From assembly GCA_963170125.1 (NCBI GenBank), contig CAUJFI010000179.1:313-64312 (forward strand): DNA of 64,000 bases, in the 5' to 3' direction. A program made the translations under genes and the position numbers. Positions 19,799-27,799 of this stretch are shown here, one piece after another; position 1 is the first letter of the stretch, and the number at the start of each line of letters is the position of its first letter. The DNA is from Deinococcota bacterium. GTDB lineage: Bacteria; Deinococcota; Deinococci; Deinococcales; Trueperaceae. Under the pieces are notes generated by a model, which made no database searches, had not been told where the DNA came from, and saw only the letters and a list, made by a program, of their open reading frames with translations.

Positions 19799-20465
19799 GC
19801 TCTTCTCCTTCCGGCCGCTCGCGGCCGAGTCGTGCGCTCACTATCTCCAGGTTGGTGCGGATGTGTTCGGCCATGGCCTTGCCAGCGGCGGCTCCGTCGC
19901 CAGCCGCGATGGCGGCCACGATACCCGCATGCTGCGAGTGGGCGAGGGCGCTGCTGTTGACGTCGCGTGTCAGGACCTTGACGCGCATGACGCGCTGGCT
20001 CAGGCGCTCGATCGTCTCCTCGAGGACGGAGTTGGCGGACAGACGCGCCACTAGGCCGTGGAAAGCGTTGTCGGTGCGCAACTGTTCCGCGAAGTCGTCG
20101 GCCGGGACGGCCGCCATGGCGGCGAGGCCGGCCTCGAGCTCGGCGTGGTCGCTCGGCTCGGCGTTGTGGGCCGCCAGTTGGGCGGCCATCGCCTCGAGCG
20201 GCTCGCGCACGGCGTACGTGTGCACGGCCTCCGCCAGGCTGAGGTTGGGCACGCGCACGCCGCGGTTGGGCTCCATGACCACCAGCCCCTCCTGAGCGAG
20301 CTGCCTGACCGCCTCGCGCACCGGCGTGCGGGAGACCTTCAGCGCCTCGGCCAGCTCCTGCTCGCGGAGCCAGGTGCCCGGGGCGAGCGTCCCCGAGAGG
20401 AGCTCGTGGCGTAGGTGAAGGTAGACGCCGGTGGCTACAGTTTGGGGACGTTGAAAAGCTGCCAC
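19788..20465 (-). CDS. GntR-family (FadR/FCD-type) transcriptional regulator
   Basis: Within ORF 19788..20543. The wHTH motif ELAEALKVSRTPVREAVRQL is followed by a helical FCD-like C-terminus. I prefer the GTG start at 20465, because the first 26 codons of the long ORF fall in an AT-rich promoter-like tract. Confidence 0.75.
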   Translation of the reverse strand: MAAFQRPQTVATGVYLHLRHELLSGTLAPGTWLREQELAEALKVSRTPVREAVRQLAQEGLVVMEPNRGVRVPNLSLAEAVHTYAVREPLEAMAAQLAAHNAEPSDHAELEAGLAAMAAVPADDFAEQLRTDNAFHGLVARLSANSVLEETIERLSQRVMRVKVLTRDVNSSALAHSQHAGIVAAIAAGDGAAAGKAMAEHIRTNLEIVSARLGRERPEGEEHAS

Positions 20466-20570
20466 GGCATAGTGTATGTTGTATGCAATCTTTAGGCAAG
20501 GCCTCCGGTCTGACGTTGCCGAGCGGGGCGAGTCCGTCATCACGTCGGGGTCCAGGCCGGAGGTCTAGCC

Positions 20571-21578
20571 ATGGAGTTCGCCGCCACCTACACGACGGTC
20601 GACGCCCACACGGGCGGTGAGCCGCTGCGGATCGTCACGGGCGGCGTGCCGCGCATCCCGGGCGCCACCATCCTCGAGAAGCGCCGTTGGGCGCGCGAGA
20701 ACCTCGACCACGTGCGGCGCGCGCTCATGTGGGAGCCGCGCGGGCACGCCGACATGTACGGCTGCTACGTCACCGAGCCGGTGACCTCTGGCGCGGACCT
20801 CGGCGTGATCTTCATGCATAACGAGGGCTACTCGGACATGTGCGGCCACGGCATCATCGCCCTGGCCACCGTGGCCGTGGCGCAGGGGCTCGTCGCGCGC
20901 ACGCCGGGCGAGACGCGCGTCGGCATCGACAGCCCAGCCGGCTTCATCGAGGCGTTCGTCGCGTGGGACGGGCGCCGGGTTGGACGCGTGCGGTTCCTCA
21001 ACGTCCCGTCGTTCCTCTACCTGCGGGACGTCGTGGTGAGCACGCTCGGCTTCGGGGAGCTGAGCGTCGACATCGCCTTCGGGGGCGCGTTCTACGCGTA
21101 CCTGGACGGCGCGGCCGTGGGCCTGGCGGTCGTACCGGGGAACGTGCGTGAGCTCGTGGAGCTCGGCGACCAGGTGAAGCGCGCCGTCATGGCCGCCGTG
21201 CCCATCCAGCACCCCGAGGTGCCGGAGCTGAACAGGCTGTACGGCACCATCATCGCCGGGCCGCCGCGCGACCCGGCCAACCACCAGGCGAACGTGTGCG
21301 TGTTCGCCGAGCGGGAGGTCGATCGCTCGCCAACGGGCACTGGCACGTCCGGGCGCGTGGCGCAGCTCGTCGCCCGGGACCTGCTCGGCATGGGCGAGGA
21401 GCTACGTAACGAGAGCGTCGTCGGCTCGGTCTTCGCTGGCAAGGCGGTCTCCCGCACGCGGGTGGGCGACTTCGATGCCGTCGTGCCGGAGGTGAGCGGC
21501 ACCGCCGCCATCCTCGGCTTCAACCAGTGGGTGGTCGAGCCGGGCGACGCGCTCGGTGAGGGTTTCCTTGTGCGCTGA
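20571..21578 (+). CDS. Proline-racemase-superfamily enzyme with Cys/Thr catalytic pair (predicted trans-3-hydroxy-L-proline dehydratase type)
   Basis: 335-aa ORF. The first catalytic position has Cys (SDMCGHG). The second has Thr (DRSPTGTGTS) where epimerases and racemases have Cys. GGAGG lies 8 nt upstream of the ATG. Confidence 0.75.
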   Translation: MEFAATYTTVDAHTGGEPLRIVTGGVPRIPGATILEKRRWARENLDHVRRALMWEPRGHADMYGCYVTEPVTSGADLGVIFMHNEGYSDMCGHGIIALATVAVAQGLVARTPGETRVGIDSPAGFIEAFVAWDGRRVGRVRFLNVPSFLYLRDVVVSTLGFGELSVDIAFGGAFYAYLDGAAVGLAVVPGNVRELVELGDQVKRAVMAAVPIQHPEVPELNRLYGTIIAGPPRDPANHQANVCVFAEREVDRSPTGTGTSGRVAQLVARDLLGMGEELRNESVVGSVFAGKAVSRTRVGDFDAVVPEVSGTAAILGFNQWVVEPGDALGEGFLVR

Positions 21579-21582
21579 GGCG

Positions 21583-22899
21583 CTAACCCCGCTCCACGTG
21601 CGGCAACATGGCGAAGAGCTTGTCGAGGATGCGCTCGCCGTCCGTGCGCAGGCCGTTGTGCTCGTACTCGCTCGTGACCCACGTCTCGACGTTGGGCACA
21701 CGCGCGACCGTCTCCATGGCGAGGCCGAGGTCGACGTACATGTCGTGGTAGTAGAGCGCAGCGGCCACGGGCACGCGGTTCTCGGCGAGGACGCCCAGGT
21801 CGTAGAGCGCGGGCCAGTCCGACTTGGCGGCGAGCAGCTCGGCCGCGTCCTTCAGCGGCCGCAGGGTCTCGAACTCGTCGCACATCCAGGGGTAGATCAT
21901 CTCGCCGGTGAAGAGGAACTCCTTGCCCGGCGCGTAGTCGAACTGCGGGAAGTCCGCCTGCACGCGCTCGGCCGCCCAGTTCGAGGCGGTGCCCTGGCAG
22001 TAGGCGGCCTCGTGCAGCACGGTGAAGATGGGGTTCGTGTGGAAGCTCGTAGCGCCGAAGACGCCGTGCAGGAAGGGGTAGGCGAGCTCGTCGCGCCCGT
22101 CGACCGTCACGAAGGCGCGCTCGATGAGGTCCATCACGCTCTCGGAGCCGCCGGCACCGCCGAAGGCGAGGCCGAGCTGCTGGAACTGCCGCGCCGTGAG
22201 CCGCTGACCGTTCGGCAGGCTCACGTCGTTCTTCAGGAGGTGGTCGGCGATGCGCCGGCACGTGAGCTGCGCGTGCGGGTAGCGTGCGAAGAACGCGCGG
22301 TTCTTGGCCTCGACGCGCGGGAAGGTGGCGCGGTAGACGTCCTCCGCGGGGCGCGTGAGGGACGGGATGCCGCCCGTGATGAGCGCGGCGCGCAGGCCGC
22401 CTGGTGCGGCGGAGAGGTAGCGCAGCGCGCAGAAGCCGCCGAAGCTCTGTCCGAGGATGGTCCACGGCTCGTCGCCGATCAGCTCGCGGCGGATGAGCTC
22501 GGCGTCCGCCACGATGGCGTCGGCGCGGAAGTGGGCGAGGTAGGCGGCCTGCTCCGCGGCGGTGCCGCGCTCCGCGACCGTCTGGTAGCTCACGAGCGAG
22601 GAGAGGCCCGTGCCGCGCTGATCGAGGAGGAGCACCCGGTGGTCCTGCAGCGCCCTGGCGAGCCAGCCGCTGCGCGACTCCGGCCGCGGCGACGCGGAGC
22701 CGGGCCCGCCCTGGAGGAAGACGAGGTAGGGGAGCTCGGCGCCGGCGCGCTCGATGGGCGCCAGCTCGCGGGCGAAGATGCTCAGGCGCTCCCCACCGGG
22801 GTCGGCGTGGTCGAGGGGCACGCTGAAGCGGCGGTTCGTGACGAGCATGCCTGGGAGGGTGTAAGACTCGCGGGCGGAAGGGGAGCTGGACGTCGGCAT
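21583..22899 (-). CDS. Alpha/beta-hydrolase prolyl aminopeptidase (S33 family)
   Basis: 438-aa ORF with the GQSFGG nucleophile elbow and the FLQGGPG oxyanion motif typical of proline iminopeptidases. Confidence 0.75.
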   Translation of the reverse strand: MPTSSSPSARESYTLPGMLVTNRRFSVPLDHADPGGERLSIFARELAPIERAGAELPYLVFLQGGPGSASPRPESRSGWLARALQDHRVLLLDQRGTGLSSLVSYQTVAERGTAAEQAAYLAHFRADAIVADAELIRRELIGDEPWTILGQSFGGFCALRYLSAAPGGLRAALITGGIPSLTRPAEDVYRATFPRVEAKNRAFFARYPHAQLTCRRIADHLLKNDVSLPNGQRLTARQFQQLGLAFGGAGGSESVMDLIERAFVTVDGRDELAYPFLHGVFGATSFHTNPIFTVLHEAAYCQGTASNWAAERVQADFPQFDYAPGKEFLFTGEMIYPWMCDEFETLRPLKDAAELLAAKSDWPALYDLGVLAENRVPVAAALYYHDMYVDLGLAMETVARVPNVETWVTSEYEHNGLRTDGERILDKLFAMLPHVERG

Positions 22900-22946
22900 G
22901 ATGAGGGAATGGTAACTGGCCGTATGCGGCTGCTGGAGGTAGCGGC

Positions 22947-23975
22947 GTGAGGGAAGCGCGAACGGACGAAGGCACGCGGCGGTTGCGGTTCGTCGACTCG
23001 CACACGGGCGGCGAACCCACGCGGCTCGTGGTCGATGGCGGTCCGGAGCTCGGCACCGGGCCGCTGGCGGAGCGCCTGCGGCTGTTCCGCACGGAGCACG
23101 ACCGGTTCCGCTCGGCGGTGGTCAACGAGCCGCGCGGCTCGGATGTCCTCGTCGGCGCCCTCCTGTGCCAGCCGCACGACCCGGCGGCGGCGGCCGGGGT
23201 GATCTTCTTCAACAACGTCGGCTACCTGGGCATGTGTGGCCACGGCACCATCGGGCTCGTCGCCACCCTCGCGTACCTGGGGCGGCTGGGGGCCGGCAGG
23301 CACCTCATCGAGACTCCGGTCGGGAACGTGACCGCCGAGCTGCACGCCGACGGCCGGGTGAGTGTGCACAACGTGCCCGCCTACCGGCGCCTGGCGGGCG
23401 CGCGAGTGAGCGTCGAGTGGCGCGGCGCGCGCGTGAGCGTGACGGGCGACGTTGCCTGGGGCGGCAATTGGTTCTTCCTCGTGACCGACCCCGTGGAGCG
23501 CTTCGGCGTCTCCGTCGCCACCTCGGACCTCGAAGCGCTGACGGAGCTGGCCTGGCGCGTCAAGCAGGCGCTCGCCGCGGCGGGCATCACGGGCGACGGC
23601 GGCGCGGAGATCGACCACGTCGAGCTGTTCGTGCCTGGCGCGGCCGGCGCCGACTCGCGCTCGTTCGTGCTCTGCCCCGGCAAGGCCTACGACCGCTCGC
23701 CGTGCGGTACCGGCACGAGCGCCAAGCTCGCGTGCCTCGCGGCCGATGGGGTCCTGGCTCCGGGGGAGACGTGGGTGCAGGAGAGCGTCATCGGGAGCCG
23801 GTTCGAGGGGCGGTACTCGGTACGGGAAGACGGGGCTTTCGCGGGCGCTGGTCGGCAGGACGGGGTGCCAGACGGCGCGAGCGTCCTCCCCGTGATCACT
23901 GGCCGCGCGCACGTCATGGCCGAGGGGACGCTGATCGTCGACCCGGCCGACGAGTTCGCTTGGGGGATCTCGTGA
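22947..23975 (+). CDS. 4-hydroxyproline 2-epimerase (proline-racemase superfamily, Cys/Cys pair)
   Basis: 342-aa ORF with GTG start after GGAGG. Both catalytic Cys residues are present (LGMCGHG and [11 protein letters not shown]). Confidence 0.8.
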   Translation: MREARTDEGTRRLRFVDSHTGGEPTRLVVDGGPELGTGPLAERLRLFRTEHDRFRSAVVNEPRGSDVLVGALLCQPHDPAAAAGVIFFNNVGYLGMCGHGTIGLVATLAYLGRLGAGRHLIETPVGNVTAELHADGRVSVHNVPAYRRLAGARVSVEWRGARVSVTGDVAWGGNWFFLVTDPVERFGVSVATSDLEALTELAWRVKQALAAAGITGDGGAEIDHVELFVPGAAGADSRSFVLCPGKAYDRSPCGTGTSAKLACLAADGVLAPGETWVQESVIGSRFEGRYSVREDGAFAGAGRQDGVPDGASVLPVITGRAHVMAEGTLIVDPADEFAWGIS

Positions 23976-25252
23976 GTCGCCACGTCGTCGTCATCGGCGC
24001 GGGCGTCGTCGGCCTGATGAGCGCCTACCACCTGCGTCGGCGCGGCTTCGCTGTCACCGTGCTCGATCGCGAGGGCGCGGACCGCGGGTCCGGCGAGCAG
24101 GCGCCCGCGTCGTACGGCAACGCCGGCATGATCGTGCCGAGTCACTTCGTGCCCCTGGCCGCTCCCGGCGTCGTGGCGCAGGGACTGCGCTGGATGGCCG
24201 ACCCCAAGAGCCCGTTCTACGTGCGCCCGCGCCTGTCGGCCGACCTGCTCACGTGGGGTTGGCGCTTCTGGCGCGCAGGCACCGCCGCGCACGTCAGGGC
24301 GAGCGCGCCACTGCTCCTCGCGCTCAACCTCGCGAGCCGCGACGAGTACGTCGCGCTCGACGACGAGTTGGGCGGTGGCATCGGCTTGGAGCGGCTGGGC
24401 CTCACCATGCTGTGCGCCACGCAGCATGGGTTGGAGGAAGAGGCGAAGGTGGCCGAGATGGCGCGCGCGCTCGGCGGCAGGGCCGAGGTGCTCGACGCCG
24501 CCGCGGTGAGGGCGCTCGAGCCCGGCATCGAGCTGAACGTGGTGGGCGGCGTGCACTTCCCGGACGACGCGCACCTTGACCCCGGCGCGCTCATGCGAGC
24601 CGTGCAGGCGCGCCTGCAGGCCGACGGGGTGGAGTTCCGCTTCGGCGCGCGCGTCGTGGGGTTCGAGCTCGGCGATCGCGGCGTGCGCGGCGTGACCGTG
24701 CGGCCGGCCGGCGGGGTCGACGAGACGGTGACCGGCGACGAGGTCGTCCTGGCCGCCGGCGCCTGGACCGGGCGCATCGCGCGCCTCGTCGGCCTGAGCC
24801 TGCCGATGCAACCCGGCAAGGGCTACACCCTGACGTTGGAGAGCCCGTCGCAGCGCCTGAGCGTGCCGTCCATCCTGACGGAGGCGCGCGTGGCCGTGAC
24901 GCGCATGGGGGAGAGGCTGCGCATCGGCGGCACCATGGAGCTGGGCGGCTTCGACGAGGGCGCCAACGACCTGCGCGTGCGGGGGATCGTCGAGGCGGCG
25001 CGGAGGTACTTCCCGCGCCTGACGGAGGCCGAGCTGGCCGAGCCGCCGCGCTGGCACGGCTTCAGGCCCCTGTCGCCCGACGGGCTGCCGTACCTGGGCC
25101 GGTCGCGGCGCGTTCCCAACCTCACCGTGGCGTCCGGCCACGGGATGATGGGGCTGAGCCTCGCGCCCATCACGGGGAAGCTGGTCGGGGAGGTCGTGGC
25201 GGGGGAGGAGCCCTCGTTGCCTATCGGGGCCATGAGCGTGGAGAGGTTCTAG
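23972..25252 (+). CDS. FAD-dependent D-amino-acid-dehydrogenase-type oxidoreductase; context suggests cis-4-hydroxy-D-proline dehydrogenase
   Basis: C-terminal 426 codons of ORF 23165..25252. The GTG at 23972 overlaps the epimerase TGA (GTGA). N-terminal [17 protein letters not shown] Rossmann motif. Confidence 0.8.
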   Translation: MSRHVVVIGAGVVGLMSAYHLRRRGFAVTVLDREGADRGSGEQAPASYGNAGMIVPSHFVPLAAPGVVAQGLRWMADPKSPFYVRPRLSADLLTWGWRFWRAGTAAHVRASAPLLLALNLASRDEYVALDDELGGGIGLERLGLTMLCATQHGLEEEAKVAEMARALGGRAEVLDAAAVRALEPGIELNVVGGVHFPDDAHLDPGALMRAVQARLQADGVEFRFGARVVGFELGDRGVRGVTVRPAGGVDETVTGDEVVLAAGAWTGRIARLVGLSLPMQPGKGYTLTLESPSQRLSVPSILTEARVAVTRMGERLRIGGTMELGGFDEGANDLRVRGIVEAARRYFPRLTEAELAEPPRWHGFRPLSPDGLPYLGRSRRVPNLTVASGHGMMGLSLAPITGKLVGEVVAGEEPSLPIGAMSVERF

Positions 25253-25375
25253 GGCAGGTCAGATACCAGGCGCGACCCCGGGCCTCGAGCTCGTGCGGCT
25301 GCTGGGGTGCCTCTTACGTGCGTCGAGTGCCTCAACGAGACCTCGACGTCACCGTTGCCTACCTTAAGTTGTCTG

Positions 25376-25969
25376 CTAAGCCACCGGCCGAAGACAACGG
25401 GCAAGGACGGACTCCAGGAGACCGGGGTCGGCCGTCACTCCATGGACCATGGCCTCGATTACCTCGTCGGGTCCGACGTTGTCCCAGGCGACGCTCTGCC
25501 CGACCGTGTTCGCCCAGAGCTCGATGAAGAGCCGAATCGTCCTGCCGTTGCCTTCCCGGAACGGATGGATGACGTTCAGTTCGATCAGGAACGGTGCTGC
25601 GATCTGAATGAAGCGGGCTCCGACGTGTTTCGGCGGCGTGTCCTTTATCCGCGGAGTAGAGGCGAAAAGCTTCTGCCCCTCGCTATCGATCTGTTCCCAA
25701 ACCGCGAACCGCGTGTCACCCTTGGAGAGGTCGACTTGCCCGGCCTTACCCGCCCAGGCGTAGACGTCCCTGAACAGTAGCCAGTGTAGGTGACCCAGGA
25801 AGTCGATGGTGAACTCGAACGCAGGTGGTGACGCTAACACCTGCAAGAGCCTCGTAGACACGAGCCTGCTCTCCCACTCAGCGAGTACGCGTTCGCTACG
25901 GATGCCCAGCAGGTTGATCAGAGTATTGCTGTTGGGATAGCAGTAGAGCCTATCCTGGCTCTCGTACAC
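25376..25969 (-). CDS. fic: Fic-domain toxin (AMPylase type)
   Basis: 197-aa ORF with an intact HPFREGNGRTIR motif (HxFx[DE]GNGRxxR). Lies in the lower-GC tract. Confidence 0.85.
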   Translation of the reverse strand: MYESQDRLYCYPNSNTLINLLGIRSERVLAEWESRLVSTRLLQVLASPPAFEFTIDFLGHLHWLLFRDVYAWAGKAGQVDLSKGDTRFAVWEQIDSEGQKLFASTPRIKDTPPKHVGARFIQIAAPFLIELNVIHPFREGNGRTIRLFIELWANTVGQSVAWDNVGPDEVIEAMVHGVTADPGLLESVLARCLRPVA

Positions 25970-26147
25970 GGTTCGCCAAGGCTTCCTTCAAGTCTCGGAT
26001 GACTGTGTCGGCGTCGAGTCTGCCGTCAGCAACGGCGGCCAGGAGCTCTTGGTGTTCCTGCGCCAACGCCTGTCCCTCGATCAGGAAACTAGCCACCACC
26101 GACCTCACAAGGGCCTTGGCGCGAGGCGTTGGTTCTACGGTTGCCAT
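25950..26147 (-). CDS. VbhA-like antitoxin of class-I Fic toxin
   Basis: 65-aa ORF overlapping the fic start by 20 nt. It carries the inhibitory motif S-x-x-x-E-G (SFLIEG). Confidence 0.7.
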   Translation of the reverse strand: MATVEPTPRAKALVRSVVASFLIEGQALAQEHQELLAAVADGRLDADTVIRDLKEALANRVREPG

Positions 26148-26409
26148 CGGCCCATTTTACTCCACCTGGGGACCCGTTCGCCGCCCGTGCCGGTGCTAGG
26201 CGCGCAGGCCGGGGCGGGACCCGTGACGAGGGCGTGCGTTACGAGTGCGAGCTGCAGGGATGGTAGTCCGCTCACGTTCGATCCAGGCAGGTACCGAGCC
26301 GCTCCCTTGACTCGAGCTAGTACCCCAGACCCAACAGGCTGGTTCGTCCTCGGCCAATCATGAACCACGCGCTTCTCGGTGCTACCCTCGCATAGTGGAG
26401 GTCCGTGCG

Positions 26410-26868
26410 ATGCGACGACCAGTCACCAGAAGCCATTTGACGAGGGCCGCGGCCCTGTTGGCGGTCCTGCTGCTCCTGACGAGCTGCGGCCTCGGGAAGA
26501 AGTCCACCGCCGGCTCGTTCGACTACACGGGCACCTGGCGTGGCAGCCTCACCGACGAGACGACCGGCGCCGGCACCTTCATGACCACGCTGCAGCAGGT
26601 CGACTTCGCCGTCACGGGCACGTGGCATAGCGTCATGGGGAGCGACGCGGCGCGGCAGGACGGCGGCGCCCTCAGCGGCCAGCTCTTCGTGGGCAAGGAC
26701 AGCGACCTGCTCGAGGTGACGCTCAGCCCGGCCGTGGCCGGCCGGTGCTCGTACAAGCTGACGCTGTCGCGCACGCAGGAGACGATCAGCGGTAGCTACG
26801 CGCCCGTCGGCACGGGCGCGGAGTGCGGCGACCTGACGCGCGGGACGGTTCAGGTCGGCAAGCAGTAG
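26410..26868 (+). CDS. Small lipoprotein of unknown function
   Basis: Within ORF 26395..26868. ATG at 26410 after GGAGG. Signal peptide with lipobox LLTSC. The mature part is beta-rich with two Cys residues. Confidence 0.55.
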   Translation: MRRPVTRSHLTRAAALLAVLLLLTSCGLGKKSTAGSFDYTGTWRGSLTDETTGAGTFMTTLQQVDFAVTGTWHSVMGSDAARQDGGALSGQLFVGKDSDLLEVTLSPAVAGRCSYKLTLSRTQETISGSYAPVGTGAECGDLTRGTVQVGKQ

Positions 26869-27102
26869 TGAAGCCAACGCGGTGTGGAACGGTCGCTCCG
26901 AGCCGGCGGGATCGGATCTGGGTGATGGCCTATTCGACCTCGGCGACAGATGGTGAGGGCACGCGCTGGTCGGGTCCGGTGGGATTATCCTTCACTTATG
27001 AGGCGTTGCTACCTCACAGCCGGCTGCATCTAGGGTTTGCGCGCGGTTACCGGTTGCCATAGCCGTTTCGCAGAGGTAACGCCTGTCGGGGAGCGTGGAG
27101 CG

Positions 27103-27474
27103 ATGAGAGTAAGGGAGATACGCCCGCTTGGTCTTCGACAATCAACCGACGCGGATACGTCGCCTAGGCCGATCCGTGTACACAGCAAGATGCTTGAGAA
27201 GGACTTGGTCGTCCTCGGCCACAGGAGGCTTGTGCTCACGAGCCCGCTTCGCGTCGTCATCGAGGATTTTGGGCCTGGAGGAACGGTAGCGTCCTTGGCT
27301 GCGGACAAGACGTTCTCCGGCTTCGGGCAGTCCGAGGACGACGCCGAGAGGGAACTGGTGGGCCTCATCCACGAGGATGTGCTTTTCTACGAGTCCACGC
27401 CGGATGAAGAGTTGACGGCGGATGCGAGGAGTGTCAAGGCCTGGCTTCGAGAGCGCTATCAAGAAACGGCGTAG
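27103..27474 (+). CDS. hicB: HicB-like antitoxin candidate
   Basis: Within ORF 27037..27474. The segment VVIEDFGPGGTVASLAADKTFSGFGQSEDDAERELVGLI resembles the HicB N-terminal fold. The stop lies 2 nt before the hicA-like start. The start codon is uncertain. Confidence 0.4.
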   Translation: MRVREIRPLGLRQSTDADTSPRPIRVHSKMLEKDLVVLGHRRLVLTSPLRVVIEDFGPGGTVASLAADKTFSGFGQSEDDAERELVGLIHEDVLFYESTPDEELTADARSVKAWLRERYQETA

Positions 27475-27476
27475 GT

Positions 27477-27773
27477 ATGCCGGCATGGAAATGGCGTGAC
27501 GTCCGTCGTGTGCTCTTGGCCAAGGGCTTCCGCCACGAACGGAGTACGGATCACGAGTACTACCGGTTCTACCGGGACGGTAGAGCGACCTCGGTCAGGA
27601 CCAAGATCAGCCATGGGAACCGGGGAGAGCTCCATAGCGCTTCGCCGCTGATGCGCGAGATCCAGCGGCAGCTTCACTTGAGACGCGAGGATCTAGAAGA
27701 CCTCCTAGATTGCCCCATGTCCGAGGATGGCTACGCCGCCACGCTCCACGAGCATGGCTTGCTGGGCAAGTGA
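27477..27773 (+). CDS. hicA: HicA-family mRNA interferase toxin candidate with C-terminal extension
   Basis: 98-aa ORF. WRDVRRVLLAKGFRHERSTDHEYYRF...ISHG...LMREIQRQLHLRREDLEDLL follows the HicA/YcfA pattern, including the conserved His. Confidence 0.5.
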   Translation: MPAWKWRDVRRVLLAKGFRHERSTDHEYYRFYRDGRATSVRTKISHGNRGELHSASPLMREIQRQLHLRREDLEDLLDCPMSEDGYAATLHEHGLLGK

Positions 27774-27799
27774 GTAAGCGAGGCGGCAGCGCTTGCCGA

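Noticed and set aside
21092-23215. 707-aa ORF on the minus strand, the longest 'new' ORF in this region.
   Set aside because: It runs antisense or out of frame across three recognisable genes (the ProR-like gene, prolyl aminopeptidase and 4HypE). Its translation is Arg/Pro/Ala/Gly-rich low-complexity sequence, the classic stop-codon-poor shadow ORF of high-GC DNA.
23165-23971. N-terminal 269 codons of the 695-aa ORF 23165..25252.
   Set aside because: This part overlaps the 4HypE gene in another frame and is Arg/Gly-rich nonsense. A GTG at 23972 overlapping the upstream TGA precedes the Rossmann motif and gives a normal-length enzyme.
26276-26284. GTTCGATCC, which resembles the tRNA T-loop consensus, in the islet near the Fic module. 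It was considered as a possible tRNA or att remnant.
   Set aside because: The flanking bases cannot form a T-stem, and no cloverleaf can be drawn.
27142-27486. 114-aa minus-strand ORF opposite the HicB-like ORF.
   Set aside because: It has no recognisable motif. The plus-strand ORF is tightly coupled (2-nt gap) to the HicA-like gene, which makes the plus-strand reading more parsimonious. Neither reading is certain.
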